Source: Azolla caroliniana (Eukaryota; Plantae; Polypodiophyta). From it: a stretch of 64,000 bases of DNA. The DNA lies in contig JBHGNT010000001.1 in the NCBI GenBank assembly GCA_043228905.1, positions 25,358,001 through 25,422,000 on the forward strand, read 5' to 3'. Every line of letters starts with the position of its first letter. The stretch's first letter is position 1. The notes beneath the pieces are model-generated. The model had not been told where the DNA came from, did not search any database, and was given only the letters and a program-made list of their open reading frames with translations. A program made the translations under genes and the position numbers. Below are positions 11,095 to 22,800 of this stretch, piece by piece.

Positions 11095-14000
11095 CTACCT
11101 TGCTTGGTCGTTCGGGACTGTTCTCCCCCTCAAGTTCGGCACGTCAAGGTGACGCAACCCGAGCGCACCTGAGAATTGCCGCAACTTGTCCAGACCAAGT
11201 GGCTTGGTGAAGATGTCGGCAGCCTGCCGATCCGTCGAAACGTTCTGAAGTTTGACTTCACCGGAAAGGACACGCTCACGGACGAAATGGTAATGCACCT
11301 CAATGTGCTTGGTCCGTGCGTGGAAGACGGGGTTCTTCGCGAGCTGGATGTTGCTGAGGTTGTCGCAGTTGATCGTCGTCGGATCTGACACCTCCTCTTG
11401 CAAGTCCTTAATAAGCCGCTTCAACCATAGGGCTTTGCATGTTGCGACAGCCACTCCTCGGTACTCTGCTTCGGTGCTCGACTGTGCAACTGTCGGCCGC
11501 TTCTTACTGCTCCACGCGATCGCGGCACTCCCGAGGGAGAACGCGTATCCGGACGTGGATCGGCGATCGGCGGCGTTACCAGCCCAATCAGCATCGGTGT
11601 AGCTGACTAACCGCGTGGCTGCACCGGTTCGATATAGCAGTCCTCGGTCCTTAGTGTCGTTGACATACCGAAGTATGCATTGCGCACACTGAAGGTGCTC
11701 CTCGGTAGGTCGCGCCATGAACTGACTGATCACCCCGACCGGATAACTGAGGTCGGGTCGGGTGATGGTCAAGTATATAAGGCTTCCGACAATTTGTCGG
11801 AACCTCGTCGGGTCGCATACCTTTCCCGTATCGGAACGAAGCTTGACGGTTCTGTCCAGAGGAGTCGAGATGGACTTATAGTCGGCCATCCCGAGTTTGA
11901 AGAGCATACTCAGCACGTAATGACGTTGGCTGATCAATATGCCTTCGGGGGTACGGATCACTTCGATCCCGAGGAAGTAATGAAGGTCCCCCAGATCCTT
12001 CATGTCGAACGATGCCACAAGCTGGAGCTTCACGCGGTCGATTTCACCTAGGTCAGCGCCGGTGATGACCAAGTCATCAACATATAGTAGAATACTAACC
12101 GGTCCGAGTCGACCTTTCCGGATGAACTGGGAAGAGTTCGATTTTGACGTGACGAAGCCCATCCGACGCAGTTGTTGCGTGATCTTCGCATTCCAAGCAC
12201 GCGGGGCTTGCTTCAATCTGTAAAGGGACTTCTTCAGTCGGCATACTACCGAGGAGTTTGTTCCGGAGTGAAATCCGGGGGGTTGTACCATGTACACTTG
12301 TTCCTCAAGGTTACCTTGCAGGAACGCATTCTTTACATCCATTTGATGTAGGTGCCACCCCTTCGACGCAGCTACTGCCATCAAAACACGGACGATCGTC
12401 ATTTTCGCGACCGGCGCAAACGTCTCATCGTAGTCGATGTCGTGTTTCTGTGCGTAGCCCTTTGCCACTAGCCGAGCCTTGTACCGGTTGACCGAGCCAT
12501 CAGTGTTGTACTTGACCTTGTACACCCACCTACACCCGATCGGCTTCACACCCTTCGGTGCGTCAACCAGGTCCCAGGTCTCGTTCTCTGCCAATGCGTG
12601 CATCTCTTCCTCCATCGCGTCACGCCAATTCGCGTCTTTAGCCGCTTCTGCGTAGCTCTCTGGCGCACGCACTTCCGCTACACGGGTCATGTACGCATAA
12701 TGATGCGCCATGTACTCGTTGTATCCGAACCGCACAACTGGGTTCTTTTGGCGGGTAGATCGGCGTAATCTCACATTAGCCGATGTCGAGGCCTTCTCGC
12801 GTGCATCTCTTCCTCCATCGCGGCACGCCAATTCGCGTCTTTAGCCGCTTCTGCGTAGCTCTCTGGCTCACGCACTTCCGCTACACAGGTCATGTACGCA
12901 TAATGATGCGCCATGTACTCGTTGTATCCGAACCGCACAACTGGGTTCTTTTGGCGGGTAGATCGGCGTAATCTCACATTAGCCGATGTCGAGGCCTTCT
13001 CAGTCGACACGGTCTTCATCTTTAAAGACCTGTCATCGGTTCCCTCGGAGTCGGACTCGCGTCGGTCTGACTCGTTGCTTTCCGTGCCGGAATCCGACAC
13101 CTTCTTCTTCCCTTTCTCTTTGCGCGTAAGCCGTCTCCTCGGCTTCCTGCGCGGGGAATGCACGGCCGAGTCTCCACTACTCGTCGGCTCTTTATCGGAT
13201 TGGTCGTACCGACTCAGTTGTCCAATCGGTCCACTTAACCGGAGTGAAATCAGACTCTCTTCACGAGTCTCGATTTCGGGCTCATCCGGAGGCATCTCGG
13301 CCTCGCTGACCTCATCATCAGAGCTCGGATTGGAGTCGAGGTTCGTAGTCGGGGGGAGGTACCAGGACGCGGACTCATCAAACACAACATCGCGGCTGAC
13401 ACGCGCTTGTTTGGTGTGAGGGTTATAGCACTTATAACCCTTCTGCTCGTCCGAGTAACCGAGCAAGATGCATTTCTCGGCCTTTGCGTCCAGCTTCCTC
13501 CTTTTCTCCTTCGGTACATGCACATACGCAATGCTACTGAACACCCTCAAGTGTCGCAAGTTCGGCTTCGTTCTGAAATATAGCTCGTGCGCCGACACTT
13601 TGTCTCTGATCCGGTTCTGAATGTATACCGCGGTCCTTACCGCCTCGGCCCAATAGAACTTGGGCAAGCTCTTCTCCTCCAGCATTGCCCATGCCACTTC
13701 CACAACTGACCGATTCTTTCTCTCGGCCACGCCGTTCTGCTCTGGTGTGTATCTACAACTGAATTCGCGGCGAATTCCCATTTGTTGTAGATAACCGTTG
13801 AATTGACCGGAAAAGTACTCTTTCCCGCCATCCGACCGCAGGCACTTGATCTTTCGTCCCGTTTCGGTTTCCATGAACCCTTTGAGGTCCCGGAAACAGT
13901 CGAAGACTTCGCTCTTCCTCTCAATGAGGTAGATCCACGTGTGTCGCGTGTGGTCGTCGATGAAGGAGACGAAATATCGGCTCCCGCCAAGACTAACATT

Positions 14001-15626
14001 TTGTGTCGGCCCCCACACATCCGAGTGTATAAGGTCGAGCTTGTTCCGGCCCCGGTTTCGCTCGTTGGGGAAAGGAAGTCGGTGTTGCTTCCCGAGCTGG
14101 CAGGCTTCACAAATTTGTGCCTTTCAGCCATTAAACTTGGGCAATCCGAACACTACCTGTTTCGATTGCAGATCTTGAAGCCGTTGGTAGTTGATGTGGC
14201 CTATCCGCTTGTGCCATAAGTCAATGTCCGACTCGGCTTTTTGTCCCTTTGCGAACATTGCGGTGCCGCCGTTAGTGGAATCGAGGATGAACATCCTCCC
14301 GTCTCTGCGCCCTTGCGCAATCACACGGCCTTCTTCCTCAATGAAGCACCCGAGGTGTGTAAACCGAACCTCCATCCCTTGGTCGACGATCTGTCCGACC
14401 GAGACCAAGTTTTTCGTGATTGTCGGAACGTGCAACACGTTCATGAGTTTCCCTTTCTGCTCGACATGGCTAAGGGGAACTTCTCTGACATTCGCGATCG
14501 GATGCGGAGTGTCGTCTCCTGTTGCGACTACTCCAGCTTGTATCGGTTTTTCCATGTACGAGAACCACTCCTTATGGCTCGTCATGTGGTTTGACGCGCC
14601 GGAATCTACGTACCACACCTCGTCCGATCTCGGGGTGGTCTGCTTCATTGAGTTTGCTTCGTGTCTCGTCACGAAGGCAGTTCCTTCTCCGGCTCTCCCG
14701 GAGTCTTCGGCGTAGTGCGATCGCTGCCAATTTCCCTTGTCGGTATGTCTAGAGCCGTTCTCGGAACCAATTCTCTCCGAATCGGCGCGCTTCTTCCAGC
14801 ACTCACTTTCCTTGTGGCCTTTCTTGCCACAGTACCAGCACTCCGCGATGGCCTTCCCTTGCCGGTTCTCATCGTTTCGACTCCCCCTGTTTCCGGAGGG
14901 TCCGGAGTTGCTGTCGGCATCACTTCGGTGCCTTCTTTCTTGATCTCGTCGGCCGCCTTCATTGCGTGCCGACTCGCCTCGTCCTCCACGTCCACGGGGC
15001 CTATCTCCCTCCGTGTACAACATTCTGCTGTCGGTGTGCGTGCTTGTAGACACACCCGCGTGGTTCTCCTCTACCAGGAGCATCGACTGTAAGTCGAAAA
15101 AGGACGGCGTATTCTCCCGGGTACACACAGCCGTTCGGAACGCTCCGAACTTCGACGCCAAACCTCTGAGACAGATCTGGACCATCTCGCTCTCCTCGAT
15201 GTTCACCTCTATGGAGGCGAGGGAGTCGCAGATATCCTTGATCTTCGAGGTATAGTCCGCCACCGACAAGTCGCGTTGTCGTAGGTTGCTCAACTCCTGT
15301 CGGAGCTGAAGCTTCCTGGCTGTGGTGCTCGCGGCGAAAATCTTCTTCAGATTTTCTCACGCACCCTTCGGCGTCTTTGCATCCCGAACATAGCTCAATA
15401 GATGTTCGCCCACACACGACGCGAAGCAGAATAGTACCATGCTCGCTGATTGCTCCCACGACGGGAAGTCTCTGTGTGTCGATTCGGGTGCCGCGTCATT
15501 AGCTCCTTCGACATAACTCCAGTAGTCGTGCCCGAGCAGGTATTGGTGCATCTTGTAGGACCAAGACGCGTAGTTGGTTCTGTCGAGCTTCTCTGTTGGA
15601 AGCGAGCTCGCCATGCCTCTATCCAT
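11095..15626 (-). pseudogene. Copia gag-pol polyprotein, disrupted
   Basis: Zn knuckle CWYCGKKGHKESEC, protease WYVDSGASNHM, GAG-pre-integrase LWHKRIGH, integrase (IDDHTR, RSDGGKEY, PEQNGVAERKNR), RT (HQMDVKNAFL, LYVDDL), RNase H (YTDADWAG). In-frame TGA at 15357 and 14124, plus a frameshift from a 203-bp duplication at 12596-13001. Confidence 0.95.
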
Positions 15627-15698
15627 CGTTCTTCTTGTTCTTCTTCGTCAAGCTGTGTCGGCTGCAGAGAGGTTCTCAACCCTCGCGCTCTGATACCA

Positions 15699-16085
15699 TG
15701 TAGAAAGTAACGTAATGAAGCAAGTATGAAGACCGAACAGAAGTAAGGAAACTCAGGTTTAATGGAGAGCTTGAGCTTACACGGTATACGCAGGAGAGAC
15801 AGAGAGAGTGAACTCAAAAAACTATATTCAATAATAATACTCAATCTGTACATAAGACGTGCTCAGTGAGCACTTTTATACAAGTCCTAGAAGGACTGAC
15901 TGAAGTACTGACAATACTTCAATGCTCATCAAGAGCCCCTACACTAACTCCCAAATATATTCCTCACAGAATATCTTTCCTAACGACCTCCCGGTTTAGG
16001 CACTCGGCCTAACCGATCGATCCCAACCGATCCGGTCCTCGGCTTCTTCAGCCGATCCGGCCGATGTTGAGCTTGTCTCTCAACT
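15699..16085 (-). repeat. Copia 5' LTR
   Basis: Direct repeat of 10223-10609, adjacent to the PBS. The outer terminal base is altered (caact instead of caaca on the + strand). Confidence 0.93.
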
Positions 16086-16617
16086 TTGTTACTTCATATT
16101 CACATTCTCTTCACTCCACTCATGGTCATCCTTGTGAACCACTAACATTTTTATTGTGTTGATTTTTCACTAATCCTCCTCGGTGCTTAACAACAGCTTA
16201 TCAACTTTATCAAAGTAGAAGATTTTCTTTATGTATAAGCCTAATTCATATGCAAGAATTTACCCTCATCCATGTTGATTATCCCAAGAACTTCCTCTTC
16301 AAGCTTCAAGATCCAACTCAAGAGCATCTTGGAGAAGCACATTGGGAGAATTTCAATTTTTAAGTAGTAAATGAAGTGAAATGAAATGGTATATGAACTC
16401 CAAATTGTATAATGAACATATTAAGTAAGTCGCTATGTAGATAAGTATGCATATGAGGAAGAGTAAAGGTAAACAAAACTTTCAACCCAAGTACCACTTC
16501 ACTTGTGTTGAAGGTACTCACGAGCAATTTTAATACGGCAAATTGTTTATCAATCTTTGCACTACTATATGTGATCATATTAATAATGTTGAGCACTAGG
16601 AATTGACAATTATTCAA

Positions 16618-17085
16618 ATTAGGCTTAATCGGTTTGGCCTTACCCAAGCCAAACCAATTAAGCCTAAACCGTTTTGGGGTTCTCGAGCCTAAACCGAACC
16701 AAACCAAATTGATCTCTAAACTGGTTTAGGCTAAACCGGCTTGGCCTAAACTGGTTTGTGAATCAGTTTGTGAACTGGTCTAGGACATAAAACCTTTAGA
16801 GGTGTGAAGAAACCCAAAAAACATCACTACCACTTCTTCCTACTCTTCTTCTCCTCTTTGTAACTCTCACCCCCCTCGGCCTAACCACTGATGTGTCCTT
16901 CAACTCTAAGTCCCACCTCTAGGACTCCCTCATTGTAGACTACTATGATTGATCGGTCGATGTAAGCCTTCTTAGACCTACGACTCGGCTGAAGCCTAAA
17001 CAGTTTAGCTAAACCAGTTTTTAACAGCTTAGCGGCTCGGTTTAGGCTTGAGCCTTGCAAAACCGGCTCAAACCGGTTAAGCCGT
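16618..17085. mobile_element. Degenerate AAACCG-rich MITE-like element
   Basis: Imperfect inverted ends (ggcttaatcggttt / aaaccggttaagcc) and clustered aaacc/ggttt subterminal motifs. No clear TSD. Confidence 0.55.
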
Positions 17086-17619
17086 TTATCTTATTTAATA
17101 ATTACGGTTTAGAAAGATAGAAGGTAGAACTGAGAGAGAGAGAGATTGCATAGTGGACGACTACGAGGACCTCCAGTCCTCCCTGTTATAGACATTGTTT
17201 CTACTTTATGTACATATAGGTGAAAGCTTAGTTGAACCTCCAATTCTCTCCGAATTGAACCTAGGACCCAGGACACAATGAGCTCGTCGTGAAGATGGTT
17301 GAGGGATGGGCAATAGCAATCGAGAGGTCCAAGAAGGGTTACATCTAAACATCGAGGTTTCTTTGCTTAACAATATATACCATTGATATTCGTGATTAAA
17401 TAGTTGACAACAAATACATTATCACAATGAAACACACCATATGTAGATGCAAATTGGAGAACATATTAATAGCTAACAACAAACGGTACTTACACGTGAT
17501 TGTACAAAATACGATAAAAATCCGGAAATACCCATGAGACTTTCTTTAATTTCCCAAAATGCACCTAGGCTTTTATTATTTCCTAATATACCCTTGGTCA
17601 ACACCTCTTAGGATTTAAT

Positions 17620-19269
17620 GGAATTTGAGCAATTACACCACCTTCTTCTCAATTATATATGATTTGAGGTTAAGCAAGCATGTCCATTATCACCTACACT
17701 CTTTTGTTTACACATTGATAAATTGGACAAAGTGGTGAATAGGGTTGCAAAAGAAGAAGGATTAGATGCACCAAAACTTATGAAGAAGTTACCTTATTGC
17801 CTTTATATGCTAATGACGTAGTTATCTTTTCATATGATGTTGACATAGTTACTTGGAGCATTGAAGCATTTTGCAAAAGTAGTGGACTAACTATAAATTA
17901 TGATAGTGTGAACCATCCAGCCTCACTAATATCCTATGCTACATATAAGGGAGAACATGTACAATTTGTACAAAGCTTTAAGTATCTTGGTATCAATGTA
18001 TCTATGACAAATAAATAGAGTGTATGCTTTGAGTCTAAACTTCAAGTTGGTTGGAAAGGTTATTATATGTTGGAAAATAAATACAACCAGAGTGATACTC
18101 ATGGATGGGAAGTGAAACTAATGTTATATAATGCCATGGTAACACAAGTTTTGCTTTATGGCGTAAAAGTGTGGGGACGAACTCTCTCTCTTAATGCATG
18201 AAATGAGATTGAGAAGATTAAAAGATGTTTTTAAGGAGACAATTGGGAGTTAAATTCACCACCACCTATCAAGTTATGCTCTTGGAAGTTGGTGTTCGCC
18301 CTATAGAAATATTGGTGCTATATAGAGTATATAGATACATTGCAAAAGTTAAGAAGATGCCAAATCATAGATTATTACATCTTGCTTGGAATGTTGGGTA
18401 TAAACTACAAAAGAATCACAATAGCAAAATTCTCCCATTTGGTTGGGTAGTTGACATCAAAATATGGGATCTAGAAGATTTTAGAGCTTTGAAGTGATGT
18501 TAAAAAATATGTAGTTATCGTGGAAAGATTAATGGAACCACTAGGGAATAAATGGAAAAATGCTAAAAGGACAAAATTAGAATATTACATTGCAAACATC
18601 AATCCTAAATGTTGGGTTCTATGGACGACAAGAAGGCCAATTGACCATAATCAACCTTACCTCATTACTAACATGAGTATTAACTCTCATAGAGCCCTAA
18701 CACTCCTTCACACTTGATCACACAACCTAGTAATTACGTGAGGGGGCCTCCTTCCCCATCTCTTGAACTAGACTAAAGCAATTGTATTGATGATAGAGAA
18801 TTGGCAATTTTTTAGCAAAACATAGCTAGATTGTTTTACACCTCTTCACTCAATAGCTTTTATTCCTTGATACCCTCGAGTATGTGTGGTTTGATTTTGT
18901 TAAGAAGTATTGAAGTTGCATTATGGCATCAAAATCAACCAAATGTAAAGGCATGTAAAGTACGCAAGGGAGGGCTAGTAAAGGAAGAGTATCACTTGCT
19001 TTTTACATGGTTTACATATAGTGCAATTCATTAAAGCTATGAAGATATATTAAGAGGGGGTGATGACTTGAGTGTCATACTAAAGAGAACATCTGGAAAG
19101 TTGAGCTCATATGTGTGCTTTATTCACACATTGAGACTTGGTGCTTTGAAGTATGAATATCCCTTCTTAGGAAGGAGACACATGAAAAAAAAATTGTACT
19201 TAGGTCTCATGAATCAATATTGGCCTCTCTATGGACACTAAAAATCTCTCTCTCTCTCTCTCTCTCTCT
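17620..19269 (+). mobile_element. 5'-truncated, decayed RTE/RTEX-like LINE with (CT)n tail
   Basis: RT motifs VKQACPLSPTLF and PLYANDVVIF, QSFKYLGI, a C-terminal Zn-finger-like relic (CKV...EEYHLLFT), and a (TC)n 3' tail at 19245-19269. Many stops and frameshifts. Confidence 0.85.
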
Positions 19270-19826
19270 AGAAATAACTAGAGCTTAAGAGCAATTGGGA
19301 GTTTTTTTTGTTAACCCTAGGTTATTTGAGAGTCAATCAATCCAAGCTGTATATTATTCTGAAGGGTTGACAAAAGACGCAGAACACATTTAACCAACAA
19401 GATTTCATTCAGTAGTCAATTTTGCATACATAGGACTTCCTATAATAGAACAAATGAAGAACTCAGTTGCAGAAAACAATGGCAATAAGCGAGAATATTG
19501 GTATCAAGTTTTGTTCAATTTTCAAGTCATATACTCCCTTCAAGAATTATTCATATATGCCAAAACCGTCGACTCTCACCAGCCATTGCTTCACAACCCC
19601 ACAAGAAGTTTAATAAACCAATCTCATTATCCAGTGGATCCAATGATTGCAAGAAGCCCAAAGTACACATTCTGTAACTGTTCGCTCATATCAACTCAGC
19701 CATCCATAAAACGTCTGATGACATATTATATTATTGGTGATGTTCAAGGAAGCAAACCGTGACATGGCTATAATTCTATTTCTACACACCAAAGCTTAGC
19801 TCTGCAAATCTGATTTTGTCATTCTG

Positions 19827-22800
19827 TTACTTTTTAATCATCGTCGGGCTTGTCCGAGACTTTCCGAGAATATTACGAACTGAAGATAGTGGATCAGCCT
19901 GCAAAGAAGTCACCAATCACACACAAAAAAATGGTTAGTCCGACACATATCATTTTCCAATAAAGATGTTCTCTTTGCATACATACATTGTACAACGATG
20001 ATGCCGATTCTGATTTAGCCAAGGACGGTGAGGCCTCTAATGCATCTAATGTCAGCTGCCAGCCACACAACCCTCTTCCAACGTTTGTATTCACCCAAGG
20101 ACAAAAATGTCGATGTTGTAAGATAGGGTCAAACTCCATGTCCTCTTTCCATAGCTTCCTAGTTTCATCTGAAGATTGATGCAATAACACATATCAAGAT
20201 GTTTACTAATCACAATTTATACTAACTTAGAATCTGTCCTAGCAATACAACATACATTCTAGAGGGCTGCAAGTCTCTATTATTTTATCTTCAAAAACAA
20301 ATTTTCCGCTCTTCTTCCTTCCATCTTCAAAGGCTGCATCACTGTCATTAAGTTCTTGTGCAGTACCTGTTTTGAGTTCATCATTTTCAAAATGTGACAG
20401 ATCCACAAACGTGCCCAACTTGTCAGTTGATGTGGGGTTATTGATTGTACCAGACATGTCCCTCTGAGTGATAAGCTCACCGCCCACACCACTAGTGATA
20501 GTATCCCTGCATGCATTATGTGGCATCTCAACACTCTCAGCAGAGTTCTCTGGTCGACTGTGGAGAAAGCAAGTATCCACACCATCAACAGAGGAAAGGC
20601 AAGGTAAAATCCTCACTTTGGACAGGGTATTTTCTCCAGCAGCTCTCTCTTCTCTTTTCCGTTTATTTACAGGAGTGAAATCCTTGTCAGTAGATGTCGA
20701 GATGTTATTCTGTGGAGTATAACATGGCTGCAAAGCATATTTACTTGTTTGACTTTCGACTCCATGTTGTGAATTTTGTGAAAGACGCGTAGGAGGTGGA
20801 CCACCAGCTATGGTCAACCTCAAGTTTACGACATTCACAGGCTTTTCAACACTTGTCACAGAATCTACACCTGCATTTTCAGGTATCTCCGTCTTCTCTT
20901 TGCCTTCTTGACCATTACTGCTACCCCATTCAATGCCACTTGCAGCACTGATCCCAGGGGCAGTGTCAATCGCATTTTGAAGCACATTCGAAGGAACAGC
21001 CACAAGTCTAAAAAGCCATAAACCTACACTTGCACCACAGAGGCTACAATCCAAAACACCCGAACCTGCTTCCAGTTTTGATTTTCCATGTAGAATTCTT
21101 CCAGAGGTTTCTTGCTTCTCTTTCATCCTTTCTTTTGTGGGAGGTGTAACCAAAATATGACCTTCCAGATCTGAGGATTTTTGCTGCTTAGTAATGCTTT
21201 CCGAAACAACAAATCCTGTGTTGTCATCTACATAATCGACAACAAAAGGAAGTAATCTAGGTTGCCAGCCACAAAGACTGATCACTTTTTGTGCCTGAGG
21301 ATACAAATAAAAACTATATGTTGGCATGCACTCTCTACGTGACTGTACATGAAAATGAAGATAAATTTGTAAATGTGAAATCCGCCTTACATTTATGTCA
21401 GTATACAGTGAGGAATTTCCGGAAATGTCATCAGGCATCCTATTGGAAGCCACAAAATCAGTGGCTGACTGCAAAAGAAGACGATCAATCTGGGGACCTT
21501 TCAAATTCTTTAAATACTGGATGGCAGAATCCGAGATCACTGGTAGTGCTGGAAGTTGAGATAATTCCTTGCAACGGTCCTTGAAACCTTCAGCAAGGAG
21601 TTCAAGAGGTGTAGGAGGGAACTGTGCTAGTGTTTCTGAACATGCATTTTCCTTCCACGGACAAAGAGCCTTATGCCCAGAATCCAGCTTCTCACTAAAA
21701 GACACCGATGCCGTTTCAGCTTTTTCACAAGGAAACATAAAACAATTAGAGGGCTGAATGATACTACGAAACCTATTACATATTAGAGATGCTTTTGTAA
21801 TGCAAGAATATTGTGGACTTACAAATTTAGAATGTATGGGTGCACATTAGTTGAATTAGTATGCAGGGGAAGAAATGCCAGGGAGCCAAAATGCATGAAT
21901 TCTGGTATCTGAATGGTATATATAGTCTTATATAAATCTCACCTCCCAATCAAGGGGCGAGTATGACTCACAAATTTCTTAAGAACCAATTATGCATACA
22001 AAGCCAATATATGAAATCTTAAAAAATAAGAGGCTTTCTTCATTATTAAACAAATCATAATATGCATATCCTTCTTGCTTCATAGTTTTCATAGAAGATC
22101 AAATCCATGGAAGATTTCGCTCTGTGCAAAGCTACAAAGTTTCATCACTTTTTCATAAACCTTCTTTTTCTGACCCAGCCCTAGGCTTCAAATCCTCAGG
22201 ATCCAGCTTACGGTAAAAGTAAAATTTAAGGTGCCTTCTTGTATATTGATAGAGATAAGACATCTTTATCAACATACGAGATGCATTAAGATACTTCAAA
22301 ATAGAAATAACTTTATTCAGCATCATTTAAGGTACGTATACTCACATGAAATATCCACCTCTTAACACTTGTGAAAGCTCATTTGTTTAAGATGGTGAAG
22401 TTTTTAAAGCAGTAAACAGACCCCTTGAAAAATTCTATCAAACAAGTGTTACAACTCTATAAGATGCTGCAATGATTGGTCATTCTCAATCCCAAACGGT
22501 AATTCTTAAGATACATCCATATGCATGGGAATTGAAGGGGCTTTTTCTTAGCAGTATAGGTGGATTTGGATGACTAAAAAATTGCCGTTATTAAATATCT
22601 CAATTCAATATGTTATAATTGATCAGAGAAAACATACAAGAGTTCTGAAACATATGCAGATATAAATCGGAGGTTCTGTTTACTGGCATAATATTATACG
22701 GGACAGACAAAGAGAAAGAAAGTTGACCGCTCAACTCTATGCAATTTTTGCAGCTTGGGGATGTAATAAAGACTTTAGTGCAAAAAGGAATTCAACCAAA

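Larger units (their letters stand above)
10223..16085 (-). mobile_element. Full-length, disabled Ty1/Copia LTR retrotransposon
   Basis: 387-bp LTRs at 15699-16085 (5') and 10223-10609 (3') with ~12 differences. tRNA-iMet PBS TGGTATCAGAGC at 15698-15687. PPT at 10623-10610. Domain order is gag-PR-INT-RT-RH. Confidence 0.97.

Noticed and set aside
10446-15853. Numerous plus-strand and alternate-frame ORFs in the Copia as antisense genes
   Set aside because: Expected from GC-rich coding sequence, with no recognisable domains.
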